Position numbers and translations under genes: made by a program
Notes under the pieces: generated by a model
The model's input: only the letters and a program-made list of their open reading frames with translations
Told to the model about the DNA's origin: nothing
Databases searched by the model: none
Shown: in pieces, positions 25,340-38,230 of the stretch
Numbering within the stretch: position 1 is the stretch's first letter
How the letters are laid out: each line of letters begins with the position of its first letter
Assembly: GCA_965644295.1 (NCBI GenBank)
Contig: CBFFRP010000090.1
Location: 96,833 to 160,832 of the forward strand
Reading direction: 5' to 3'
DNA: 64,000 nt
Source of the DNA: Paraphysomonas bandaiensis
Taxonomy: Eukaryota; Protista; Chrysophyceae

Positions 25340-25760
25340 GCTTAAGCCAAGTGACTGGATCCTGAAGTCAGCAGATGTCAGGTGTATCAACTTTCTGCGT
25401 GTTCACTGCATTTGCTTGAGTAATAGAGCGAAAATGGTTGAACCTCGAAGCAGGGCCTTATAACCGTTAATAGTAATGCCATTATAATTGCCGGGAACTG
25501 GACTACCGTTAATGGACCATGCTTTGGTCTTTGGTGCTTATGGTGACGCACAAGCAGTCCCGAGACGGTTGCCCGCCACCAGTAGTATATAGCAAATCTA
25601 GTTATTAGCTAGTCTATAGACATAAACTAGTTTCTGTACGCAACCGTACTCATGTAATAATCAGACTTTCATATATATGGTGACGCACAAGCAGCATTCG
25701 TAGCACTAAAAAGTAGGATATCAGAGTTAAACACTAGCAAGTTTAATTGTTTTGCTACAC
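25340..25760 (+). mobile_element. cluster of three nested or tandem LINE-like 3'-end fragments
   Basis: 25357-25444 matches 37021-37083 plus 37520-37550; 25492-25678 is a variant 3' end with tail AGACTTTCATATA; 25679-25730 is a third truncated copy (GGTGACGCACAAGCAGC...AGTAGGATATCAGA). Confidence 0.75.
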
Positions 25761-25824
25761 TAGTCCTGACTCTTACATGCTTATTTTGATAATAACAAGA
25801 CATTATTAGCAACAGGGGTCAACA

Positions 25825-26032
25825 ACCAGGCTCTGCTGGAGAGTATCTGGAGAATGTCATCACTCCAAGTTGGTAGGGCCGGGTCTCGTAGTAGGTCCCG
25901 GAGTCTTCTTGTGTCTCTGAAAGGCTGATTCTCGTATCTGTGAGATGGAGTCTTGAGGACAATCAAGACACGTATGTTGTTTTGTTCACGTCGAGACCAT
26001 GTTTTGTTTGGGTCCGATTCTTGCCAATGCCT
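25825..26032 (-). mobile_element. LINE ORF C-terminal fragment homologous to 12910-13132
   Basis: Direct DNA match (e.g. gggtctcgtWgtaggtcccggagtc...tgtgtctctgaaaggcKgattctcRtatctgtgagatggagtc); shared peptide TPSHRYEN.PFRDTRR. Confidence 0.85.
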
Positions 26033-26672
26033 GAATGGTGTGTGCGTCGATTACCGCGTAGTGCCTAATTTCCTCGCTGATGCCCCTAATGACATCCTTG
26101 CCCATGCTCAGACTGTGGCGTTCGATGCATGAAATGAAAGAGGATGTGGAATGTGGAACTACACCGTGTTGGAAAATACATAACTGAAAAATACTTTCAC
26201 TCTATGCTGATATTATATGTTAGAGACATATAGGAACATATAGCAACATATCGTAACACATAATAAACTTATGATCAATACAACTTATCAATCACTTAAA
26301 TTCATCCAATACGAATTGAAATATGCTTGCATCCGGCCGCAACTGTCGATTAGCTTTCAGAAACAACAGTTTAGCTGAATTTTTACAATATATTGTTCCC
26401 TATCCCTGACTCAATTCATGTTGATTCAACTACCTATCACTACAAAAAACATGGAGCAGTGACAAAAAAAAGTCAAAATATTCGGCGTAAAAATTCAATG
26501 TAGCTATCATGAGCCGCATCATTCTAACATATAACTAGTCTATCATAGTCATGCCTCATGGCATTGGTAAAAGCAATTCTACATACAAGTCCAGCCACAC
26601 TCAAAGAAGAAGAAAATATTACAAATTAAATTAACACAATAATACCATTATATGTGTTCTGAAAGTGAATTG

Positions 26673-27200
26673 CTACCGACGAGCGAGAATAGGGCACAAG
26701 AAAAATACATTAGCCAACCGTATGGGTTCCGCAAATTCATTCAAAAATAGCGCTACAGCAAATGTTCCAATGCGTGGGTTTTGCTCTATTGAAGCTCTAA
26801 TTGATGTCGATTTGTCACCAGAGTCTGGAAGATATTCAATTGCCTACACAGATATCATCAGGCTGATAAAGTACAATGGTTTATAAAATACCTTGTTCAA
26901 TAACTCCGAGTAACTGAAGCCAATTAATGAGCAGTCAAACATACCGCTATCCAAACCAAAAAACAGTATTCCTAATGTGGTTAAATACGTCCCTGCGTAC
27001 ACGCCAATAGCAATGTATCCATACTTGGACCACATTTCAGAAATATTTTTCTTCATATCGGAGAGTGTGTATGATTTATGTCTGCGCTGTGTGTGTGCTG
27101 TGCAGCTGGCCTGAATTAACGTCCCTCCTATAGAACTGTGACCACTGCCTCGTAAAGCACGTCCCATACGACAGGCGTGTAAACACTGTCGAGTTAACAT
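26673..27200 (-). CDS. DUF1279 / FAM210-like mitochondrial membrane protein (2 exons)
   Basis: Basic transit-peptide-like N-terminus; MWSKYGYIAIGVYAGTY...GLDSG; exon 2 reads ...IGTFAVALFLNEFAEPIRLANVFFLCPILARR*. Confidence 0.75.
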
Positions 27201-27666
27201 TTTCAATAACTAAACTAAGCTATCGATATCGGACTAATGAGTGTCTCATATCGTGGCTGTTTCTACTAGGAAACCTACATATACATACACATATAGCCCC
27301 TATACCATATACACACATACTGCTGTGCATACTGCACATCCTACCTGCCGACATACATACATACATACACAGTAGATCGGAGACATCGTACAGTATATAT
27401 GTACAGTATACAGTATATACGGAAGGACAGAATACACTGTACTATTCTGGAAGCATCTTCACACTGCTGTACATATACACATACATCTATATACGTACAG
27501 TGCTGTACATCTACCACAGATATGAGCCGTGTAGCTGTATATACACACACACTGCCGCTCAGTGGTCTTGAAACGACATATTGATATAGTTTGACGGGAG
27601 TCAGTAATAGTCAACGTACTTTAACTACAGCGTGATTTCTGTTATACTTTGTGAGTGTTTTAAAGA

Positions 27667-28879
27667 ATGTCAGACGAAAGATTCGATGGAATGTTCTTGA
27701 CTATAGCGCAGCAAGCGCAGGGCATAGAGCCATTGCTCGATAACTTATTCTCCTTTCTACGAAGAAAAACAGATTTCTTTGTTGGAGCATCTCCTCAGCA
27801 TGTGGAAGAATTGGTGAATATCGATAACCACCTTTAATTTGAAACTAACCGACAGATTGGACAGGTGATGAAGGTCATCAAGAAACACGCTGCATTGTCA
27901 GCCCAAACCGAAGCTGAGAAGCAAAAGGAGCGCGAAAAAGAAGAGAGAAAACGAAAAGAAAGGCTTGCCAAGAAGAAAAAGGTGAATGACTTAATTAATC
28001 TTCTCCTTATTTTGCAAATTTTGTCATTGTTTTGTTGTGATTGTGAGTAGGAAGAGGAGGAGGAAATTCGTCGTCACCAGGAAGCAATGAAGGCGAAGAA
28101 AGCCAAATCTGACACCACAACCCCTCCCGCTCCCCCTCAGGATGATGTTGTCGAACTTTCTGAAGATGGATCGTTTGATATTGCCTCTGCCCCATCCTCG
28201 AATAAGCCTGCTGAAGCTGTTGGTGCGGCGGAGACAGAAGCTCCTAAAGAAACGAATGATAAGGAGGGAGATGATGACGACGACGATGACTCCCCTCCAC
28301 GTGAGTATATTTACACTTTTATTGACTGAACGTCGATGTGTACCTTGTTATGTTTGACCTATTGTCTGTTTAGCCGAGGGAAATGGTGGCCGCACGGATA
28401 CCTATGTGTGGACTCAGACCCTGCAAGAGTTGAACGTCGTTATCGCTGTTCCTCCAGGAACCAAGACACGCCAGGTCGTTGTAGATATCAAGAACCGCCA
28501 TCTTAAGGTTGGACTTAAAGGAGAAGCGCCGATTATTGATGGCGAACTCCAGAAACGTGTGATAGTTGATGACAGTTTCTGGACACTGGAGGATAACAAA
28601 GAGATAGCTATTAACCTGCAAAAAGACAACAAAATGGAGTGGTGGAGTTGTGTTATTCAAGGTGATCCTGAAATCAACACGAAGAAGGTTCAGCCAGAGA
28701 ATAGTAAGCTGGCCGATTTGGATGGGGAGACCCGACAGACTGTAGAGAAAATGATGTATGACCAGCGTCAGAAAGCAATGGGAAAGCCTACCTCAGAGGA
28801 AGAGAAAAAGCAGGAGATGCTCAAGAAATTTATGGCAGCCCACCCTGAAATGGACTTTTCGAATGCTAAGTTTTCGTAA
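27667..28879 (+). CDS. NUDC: nuclear migration protein NudC (4 exons)
   Basis: [38 protein letters not shown]; CS domain GNGG...YVWTQTLQE; [30 protein letters not shown]; [12 protein letters not shown]. Confidence 0.97.
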
Positions 28880-29868
28880 AGTTGATGTTCGGTTGAATAA
28901 TTGAATGAAGTGAAAATGCGAGTTTGTTTTTAGTTTAGCACATTTTCAGGGGTAGTGCAGTCATTGAAATGTAACTGAGGCCTAGTGAGCTATACTTCTA
29001 ACAAAGATGTAGTATTTCAGTAATTATTGCTATGCTAGTGACCTTACTTTTGAGTTGATAGAATGCTTTGCAGAGTTTAAATCAATTGTATGAGAAAGAC
29101 TGTTTATCTTTAAGCTTCATGCATGTATGTATTTATAGTAGTATGGTAGTATGAGGGCCAAATACCCGATATGGATGGGTTGATACCAAAATCTCTTGAT
29201 TTCTCGCAAGACTGGAGATACTTGAAATATATGATATTAAGCAACACATGATTTAGTTGAACTTACTACACAAAATTTCAATGATACAATACGATACACA
29301 AGAGAACGTTTGAAATACATCCTCATAGTATTTATGATGGAGTGTTTTGCACCCAACAGTTCCTATGTTCTGTGATGTCTGTCTTATGGGCTGTGACATG
29401 AGCAGTGACTGTCTCCCTACCCAGCATAAGATAGATCAGGGGTTGCAACTATCTAGGATATGCACAAGAATGCAATGTTCCATAAGATACACTCACAGTT
29501 CTGTCAATTGTATGGATTCGTCCATTGTCAGTGTGTTGTTCCCATATATTTCTGATAAATATCTGCTCTGTGGGGTTTGCCCGGCCTGCAGTTGGACACG
29601 CTGCTGTGAGCTCTACATATGGCATACCTGCAGCTGTGTCCAGACAGCAATAGGCAATAGGCAATACCAGTATACGGTATACGGTATACGGTATACGTAC
29701 TGCTGTATGAATTTAGATGTATAGACAGCCAATATACAGTACAGCAGCAGCGGTATACAGCAGTGTATCTCCCTCATATACTGCACGACATACGTGCTGT
29801 ATGTTGCTGTATATACCACATACAACAAGACGATTGATTGGGTTGTGAGGTCCATATACATACATATA

Positions 29869-30045
29869 CAGGGGGTGGTTGTGCATATCGATTTCATCGA
29901 TTTGTTCATCGTTTATTTCATTGAAAAATCATCGTTTTTTCATTAAAAAGTCGCTTTTTTTCACTTTTCACTGAAAAAACGATGATTTTTCGATGAAATA
30001 AATGGTGAACAAATCGATGAAATCGATATGCACAACCACCCCCAG
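29869..30045. mobile_element. palindromic MITE, Tc1/mariner-type (TA target duplication)
   Basis: ~80-bp near-perfect inverted repeats (CAGGGGGTGGTTGTGCATATCGATTTCATCGATTTGTTCA... / ...TGAACAAATCGATGAAATCGATATGCACAACCACCCCCAG) with a short spacer; flanked by TA at 29867-68 and 30046-47. Confidence 0.85.
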
Positions 30046-30156
30046 TACACAGTACATCGAGCTGGATGTATGTGTATGTGTGTATGCAACTCAGCCAGCA
30101 GCTCTCTCATTTAAACATAACTCGACAATATATATATATATAGCTAAAGGACCAGC

Positions 30157-33100
30157 ATGAGCAATCTGCCAGCTAGTCTTGCTGAAATTTCATTGCAAAC
30201 CACATCTTTGGAGTGGTCTCAAGATATATATGCGGAGAGATTTCGCGCATCTTATAAATTACTCTCTGGAGGTCAGTATATAGAATTATAACACATGAAC
30301 TCATCGCTCAGTTGTTCTATAGGTGGACGGAGTGTGGTAGGTGCATCAGAGGTATCTAGAAATGATTTTTTTGGGCGTCGATGGCTGCATTGGGAGGCAG
30401 CTGCTGGAGTAGTGTGTTTGCGGGAAATATGGCTGGATCAAGATCTAGTTGACAATGCCTTATGCCTACAGCTAGGAGGTAAATGTTATTCTCATTGCTT
30501 CAGAGAGAGACCAACGTTTGCTATTTTGTAGAATTATATTTAGGCACACCTTTGTCGGTGCACTTTGAATGCCTTCCCAGTGAAGATGCCGCAATCACAA
30601 TTCGTGTTTGTTTTGTGATGTGCGATGGATCGGTACACAATATTCGCTTGCAATCCCATGAGCGAAACCGGTCCGTGCTTGCTGACTTGGTTGATTTCAA
30701 AGCAGGTAGCGATAACTGCTATAGTATATAATTTTTATGTTTATACTGTTGCCCCATAATTTTAATATTATGACTACACTTTTAGGTGGCCTCTTAAGTA
30801 CACGCTCCGAGCCATTTTTGCAGTCGAGTAGTGTTGGCCTCATCAAGTCGCACCAGATCAGTGATAGCATACGCGAAACTCAACGCATATGCTGTGCATC
30901 CCACCTGTCTCACTTCGGAATAATATTCGGCCTCAGCTTGGGGGATGTTGTATACGTACGCATGTCTCCCAGCGGATTGTTCGTAGAGACGGTGCTGCGG
31001 GACCAGAGTCCACTAACAGCCCTGTGGTCGGGATTAATGGGGACCAATAAGAGGCCTGCCGTGGTGGCTGTCTCTGGTGCGTTTATAGGAATATATTTAT
31101 TGAAAGTGTGTTCCTGGAGTCTGTGTAGTTTTGTCCTGATAATATTTGAGCAGCTATATATTGTGAGCATTATATGACATGGGTGTTCTTGCATTACAGG
31201 GTCACATCTTAGAGACATGTCCATACTTGTGTCTGTATGTGCGAACGGCATTCTACGTGTATGGGACTGTCTTGCGAGGTCGTGCTTGCAGCAGCTGCCT
31301 CTTCTGGACCTCGTTGATGAGAATTCGAGACCTAGTGCGCACCAACAAGTAGTTATGGAAGGTATGTTATTTTATTATTCTATTTTATAGTCCGTTTGCA
31401 TTTATGAATCTAATGTTATATCGAGAAGATGATTAGATCACTCTAATTGCTCTAATTGACATTGTTTTAATGCTTAGGTGTATGTGTGGATACACACCCC
31501 ATGGGCAACGCTGGATTAATGATCACTGCCGGTATCACACTAAGAGTTGGACGCGTCCGAACTTGGAATGTAGGTGTTTTAATTGCGCAATCATGATCGC
31601 CGATAGTGAATTATTTCGTTTTTTGCTGATGAGTTGCCTTTGTAGTCACTTGTGTATATCATAATTGTACGATGGCTCTTTTCAAGTGGCGTGCACAATT
31701 AGCACATACGCTATATACATATATGCCCTGCATATGTCGGCCTGTCTGAGCATTATGCTAGGTTGTAGTATTGTCGTGGAGCCCTTCTCGCTCGTCGGAA
31801 GTCCCTCTGCGCGCCTATCTGACGCCTCCTTCATTCGACTCGACCCTCTCTTCTGTAGACATTTCATTAGAGCAGATCACTCTCAATCCGTGCTCGTCGT
31901 GCTCGCATGGGGAAGCGGCTTCTGTAGTATCCTTATGGAATGTGAATGGAGACATTGTCCCAGTTTCCTACAGCTTGGAAGGTATAAGCTGGAGTGCCGA
32001 GGGTCATGCAGCCGCCTGCCACTCCAGCGACGTACCGTATTTCGTCCCGCGGCTAGTCTCCTTTGGGCCTGCAGAAACACACCGCTATATGTCCACCATG
32101 GATGAGATGCTTCTACGAGACGCTCAAAATAGGGTTGGGTGGACACCGGACGGACGGATGTTCAATGGGGAGTTTAAAGCGAGATCAAGTGGCATCAAGG
32201 TATGATAATGTCTACATACCACATCATATTTCAATCCTTTAGTATACGATGATCATGGCATGTAGCACTACATCCGTAGTTTCGCTGTAATATGCTCATA
32301 TCTTTTTGGGGCTGTTTTAATTTTAATTTGTAGCGTACATTTCTGCAACGCATGTTTGCTCCAAACCGATTTTCTTTCGACATTATTATTGGCGTACTCA
32401 GTCACGATGTTCCATACGAGGTACAGAAGAATCAGCAAACACTTCACGACCTCACTGAACGATATGAATCCTCCGCAACGAATATTCTTATTGAAAATGT
32501 GCTAGATGTGTTTGCCGGAATGGAGGAAGATGCATATGATGAGCTTCGTGTGAATGAAATGAGTTCCGAATCGTCAATAGCTGATAGCACCGCCCTCCGC
32601 CTCCAGGCACTTACTAACGTTGCTTTGCGATTACTGTCATTGTGTGAGATCCGTAATCGCGAACTTCGCTCGAGTTCAAGTTCGTGCTCAATTCTTGTCC
32701 GTAATCGAGGCTCTTTTTCTGACCACGTTCTTGTTCCTGCGGGGAGCGATATTCCCTTTGAGTTTGTGGTAATTCGGCCAAGCGGCATAGGTATCGTAGT
32801 TGAGACACCATTTATAGTGGATGCCGGTGAAGATGTCATTCCGAATTACATGAATACACAACACACTTTTGTGCACTTCAAGCGGAAATTAGGCGAAAGA
32901 GAGTTACAAAATACAGATAAGTTGTTGGCCTGGAGAGTACTGGAAGCAGTGAGCGAAAGTGTGGCCTCCAGTCGGGCTTTAGAGTTAGACGCTGCGCTGC
33001 AGAGATTTACAGCTGATGTGGTCACTGTAACCGACAAGAATAGTGGTGAGTGACTTTTGCTGTGTTGACATATCGCGTGATAAAAGTTCGCAGAGTGGAT

Positions 33101-36100
33101 AAAAGAAGCAATTGTGAATTACGTCCAGTCAACAGATAATGATGTATTTGAAATTGTGAAAACACTTTTCTCTCAGTGTGGTGGGCTGACGGAGACCACG
33201 GCACAGGCTCTTGTGGATGACATGCTGAGTGAAGTCCTGATGCCGTCGTGGTCACAGTATGGGGGCACCCAAGGGTACAATTCTTTACGGAACCCATTGC
33301 AAGGACGCATGGGATCTCATCTAGTGCGTGAGGCATGTGCTCTGTCGGTGCGAGATCATTATGAGTACACAAGGGCTGTTGTCTTCGCTCTTGTATCCCT
33401 TTGCCATTTGGATGATTCTGCGTTCCCACGTAGAGTGGTGACTATTATTAGGGACTTACATTTGCCTCAGGTATGTAAAATCCTTTCCATATGTATAATG
33501 GGTATAATCAATTCGTATGCAGGCCATTTCGCATATGCAGTTTTATGCTTTCATTATGTGGACACAATCTGTGCACGTGAGCAGTAACCACCAATTAGAT
33601 CGGACGGTTGATTTTGATGATGTTCAGTATGATTCGAGTCTGATTGCAGACCTTTCGAGCACGACGATGGAAATACGTGCTCACTCCCGCTCAGAGGAGT
33701 CAACAAGTGTATGGGTGACGTTTTGGGAGCGTGTGGGACCTCGAATGTCAATTCCATTGTCCAGTGGCGGAATGTGGGTAGCGCTATTGGAAAGGTGCCA
33801 TTTTGCTCTACGTCCCTCCTCTTTGAGTGACTACACGTCCTTTTTGTATTCACAAGGGCAGTACGCCTGCATCACGCGCGCAATATCCTTAAGTATGCGC
33901 ATCAGAAACAATGTTTCATATGGTATACCTATGGAGGATGATAGCAATAGCAACTTGAAAATAATGCAGGAATACTTCTTAAAGTGCCGCAACGAAACAG
34001 CACTGGCAATTTCTTGCTTGCAGGCACACTTACGGGATATATCCAGCATGATATCGGAGGCAGATTTCGAAACTAAGATAGACCAATCTCTTCAACAGGA
34101 TTTACTTCAGGTTGTAGATGATTTAGTGGCAATTCCTTTGTGGGACGATAAAATTGATACCTTGGGGGCAACTCAAGATGATGGTATACATATGGATGTA
34201 GATACCGCGGACAGCATTCCCCAGCTTAATCACAGTGACGTGGCTGCCTTGATAAAAGAATGGACCGCAAGTCACGTGCAGTCATCTGGCGATTTTGCGG
34301 TCAATTCTAACAGCGAGGGGATATTATGTCTGGGCGAAGCACTCCTGCGTTTATCTAGCGTATCTGGTTTCCGTATGTATCTCAGCTCACTAATCACTTC
34401 GTATCCAAATGAGAATTGTATTGACGTATTGATTTTGAGAAATCCAAGTGCTCTACGAAGATTTCATGTTCTGTATCACCACATTAATACCCAGAGTCTG
34501 TTGGAGCGATGTCGATCTGTATTGCCTTCTCTCGTCGGTGATATACTAGCATTGAAAGGGTGTTACGCGGGCATTGAGAGCGTTCGCCACGCAAAGGAAT
34601 TTAATTTTGATCGAGTTGTTCAGAATGAGCTCGACATACTTGCTATTGCTTTGTGGTCTTCGGTCTTCAAGTTTTCTCTTCATAGTGTACTGCTGGATGA
34701 GTCACTTGATGCAATTGTGGAGTTGATTAGACTATCCGGACCGCTGACTCATACCTCATCTGAGGGTAGTCAGTACCATGACAGAATAAGTCACTGGAGA
34801 GGATGCCTCAGATCCTTGATATCAAAGGCTTGTGCGACGGGTCATTTGGGTTGGCTTTGCTCCCTAACATTCCGTTGCGAAGACTCAAATAATGCCTTCG
34901 TAGATTTGACAAAAGAAATATCCACTGAAATGGAGTTTTTAGTGACCAGCTCTGACTTTATTGACGTGTCTGATCTCCCCGATGAGTCGAATGCCGATGC
35001 CTCTTGGAATACGCTCTATGATTGTTTAGCAACTTTTCTATTGAGTAATCAAGATTACGGGGAGTGTGCGCGTGTTCTATACCAGTATTACAGGAGATTA
35101 GATGCAGAAGGCTCCCCTACATTGCGACGACTTCGCATGCAACAGAGGTACCATTACTTGTTTTCTGTGTACACCTTATTGTTCACCTCTATACTTCATT
35201 GTTCTTTACGATTGAGTTCAGGTGTCTGAGCATTGCCATCAGCGCGCTTAATAACTTGCCTGAAGACCAGAGATTTGTTATATATAAGTGTCCTGTCCAA
35301 ATGCCTGCGTCTACAGGGGGAAGTCTTGGTAAGCGGAATATTCGTGGCGTTAAGTCTTCTTTTCCTCCATCTCCACCGTCTGGGAAGGTTTTGTCCTATA
35401 CAACTCTTGAGGAGCTAGAGCACATGTATCTACAAGCGCATTGTAAAGTATTTCTTCTGTCCTACGAGAAGGAGGGGGTGCACAATCCGTATATAGTGTA
35501 TTCTACTGATGACTCAAATCTAGTACGCATGCTTGCAGATGCTGGAAATTTTGTGGATGCCGTAAACTTGAGTCGCCATAATTTCCCTACCAATACCACT
35601 AGTGCGCGCAACACTTCCCTGGAGTACGTCATCAGCACCCTTGCTAGTCGATGCGTTTCAGAAGATGGAGGGCGTGATCTGGAGGAACAGTTTATAGCAA
35701 TGCACGGATGCCCCCCTATATCGCGAGAGGTTAATGATGAAGAGTCTAATAAGTCCCATATGTGGAATTACCTTATCCGGTGCCTTCACATTGCTGATGG
35801 TCCAGAGTGTAATTGGGAGTTGCATAATGCTGCTGCTAAGGCGTGTCTGCGTATCTCCAGAGATTTCTTCAACGAAGATGAATACAACCATTTCACAAAG
35901 GCCCGAAAGAGCAGAATACGTTCTCTGATCTCCGCAACGGATGTATCTTCCACTCAATACGAGGGCAACCTTCCAGCCTTGTTGCGGACTTTAATCGGGG
36001 AGGGGGAATTGGAAGAGGCTTGTGATCTAGCAGCGGATTATATTAATAAATGCTGTGGTGAACATTCCCAAATGGAATGTATACCGTACGATTCTCTTGA

Positions 36101-36308
36101 CAAATTGCTTCATGCATGCCGCGAAGTATTGAAAGTGGACGATCGACATACGATTGTAGAAGATAATTTAGTCGAAGTTGCGCACGATCCTAATGATCCG
36201 ACGGAGCTGATGTTACTGGAAAATTTAGCTCAAAGATATTCAAAGTTGGAAATAGCCATAGAAAAGTACTTTGAACGACTTTATTTGGCTGAAATGGGTA
36301 ATGAGTAG
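30157..36308 (+). CDS. NUP160: nucleoporin Nup160/Nup120-like (multi-exon)
   Basis: N-terminal RWLHWEA...VVCLREIWLDQDLVDNALCLQL matches the Nup160 N-terminal pattern; beta-propeller segment (VSVCANGILRVWDC); large helical C-terminus (LYDCLATF...DYGECARVLY...CLSIAISALNNL; LLRTLI..GELEEA...CIPYDSLDKLL); successive ORFs joined by GT-AG introns. Confidence 0.75.
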
Positions 36309-36759
36309 TTATAATGCAAAATTTCTATTAAGTTAACAGGACACATTCCTGTGCTGTCGTCGCAGTTGTTTGGTGCGCGATGTGTACACAAGAGTAATTA
36401 TATTCGTTTTCCTATGGGTTTCATAGCTTTAAATGATATAGCATCACCCGCATAGTCTAAACTCTAAACAGTGTTGTTGAATCATATATGAATATCCGGA
36501 TGACAGGTATAAGAAATATGACTAGATTAAGGTGGAATCATTCTTTCAGTAGTTAATAAGTGGTCCTTATCAGTAGACAAACTAAGTTGATAACATTCAT
36601 CAGTCCATCAGTTTAAGGTTGTAGTGCAATGAACTGGAATTAGTGTATATCAGGGCTAGGAAACAATATATTACGATACTGTTGTGATACACTGGGTACA
36701 GGGGCTGGATACTGGATAGTTTATGGCTCATTTCAATTAATTGTTATCATTTATCAAGC

Positions 36760-37702
36760 CCAGCGCCGACCCTGCAGCTGTCGAACTTTCCTACAACAAA
36801 GTCGGACTGGCACTTTTTCGTGGTGTTCTGTGTTCTGTGTTCTGGGGGAGATAAGTACCGGAGAGGTTTCTTCTGAGAAACGATCGTGTCCGCATATATA
36901 GTCAGCATATACTGTTCTTCCCACTCATAGCCAAATGCTTGACGGGAGAATGGGCTTACCTGAAGGGCGTCCGGGGTATTGGGCTGCCTGCATCCGGGCT
37001 GTTCACCTTAGGGACTCAAAAATCCTGAAGTCAGCAAATGTCAGGTTTCACAACATTCTGCTTGCTCACTGCGTTTGTTTGGGAAGGGATGCGTATCAAT
37101 TAAGTGACGCAGGGTGTAGACTTGCCGTCTCAATTTCAATTATTGCTATTAAATGTAATTATTTAATACAAGACTACATTAGCTGCCAATATATAGCTAC
37201 CTCAACTGTCATTTCATTCCAGAGGCGATGGTTCATGCGTAAAAACATCTGTCACTCCAAATGCCAAAGAGTCATACTCTTGCGCAAATCCGTCATAACA
37301 ATCTTAGCTCTACTGAACAACCTTTCAACCTTATTGGTTGTGGCATGTAAGTGCTTCATGCTGTGGTAACGAGTTTGCTGGTTAAGATGTGCTCGCTTCC
37401 ACTGTCTGCTACCAACAATCAATCGTCATTCTGAACTAGACTCTCACTGTCATCATCTTCTTCATCATCATCGAACAAGAATATTTTAATATGATCCTTT
37501 TCCGTCCGAGTCTCAAAGCGTTTGAGTGATAGAGCGAAAGTGATTGCACCTTGGTGCTTGCGGTGACGCACAAGCAGCTTTCGTGTCGTTAAACTCTAAA
37601 TAGTAGGGTATCAGAATTCAGCACAGTTTAGTTGTTTAGTTATATTGCAATACTAAATTAGTCCTATTTGTAAGCGCCTATTGCTAGTAATAAGACATTC
37701 AC
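36760..37702 (+). mobile_element. LINE-like 3' relic interrupted by a hAT fragment
   Basis: 37021-37083 plus 37520-37550 is colinear with 25357-25444; full 49-nt motif at 37535-37583; tail cgcctattgctagtaataagacattca matches 11981-12008; 5' boundary approximate. Confidence 0.7.
37170..37517 (-). mobile_element. degenerate hAT-type transposase C-terminal relic
   Basis: Minus strand reads RYHSMKHLHATTNKVERLFSRAKIVMTDLRKSMTLWHLE*QMFLRMNHRLW, preceded by an acidic tract; homologous to 560-789. Confidence 0.8.
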
Positions 37703-38230
37703 GACGGTGGTATTATTGCTATTTGGTGGTGGTGTCTGAAGTCAACTAGCAGTGCGTAATATACCTACGTTCCTGCCCCCTCGTTTTTAATAAACTGTAT
37801 ACTTTAATATAAGGGTATCCTCTACATACAATGTATAGCAAGCATCGTCGGAGTTCTGCCTTTGCTATACACTGTATCTCTCTGTGATGAAAACATACCA
37901 ACAGGCTTTGGACAAAATCCAATATAATATATCTTCAGACAGTTAAACTTTTTAAGATTTAGGAATGGATGGGATTCAAGAAAGTTATAATATATTCTAT
38001 TTGCCAATGGTCCATTGGGGGGCTTCAAAGGCCTTTGTGAATGCAATGGCACATTAAGGTGTCATTTTACTCTGTGAGGCCCTTCGTTGACAGACACTTT
38101 CTCGAAGTATCATATAGAACACTAAATACTCCTTCATCAATATGACTAAATAATCACAGCTCTTACACTTACACCACTACATGTACGTACGCGTCATCTA
38201 CTTATAAAAGTACCACGCGTTGGTCTATAT

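Noticed and set aside
30157-36308. Fragmented ORFs suggesting pseudogenes, frameshifting or an alternative genetic code
   Set aside because: The breaks I traced here and in other genes resolve with canonical short GT-AG introns under the standard code
36935-37369. 144-aa plus-strand ORF
   Set aside because: Spans a LINE/hAT chimera junction; the recognisable coding signal is on the minus strand
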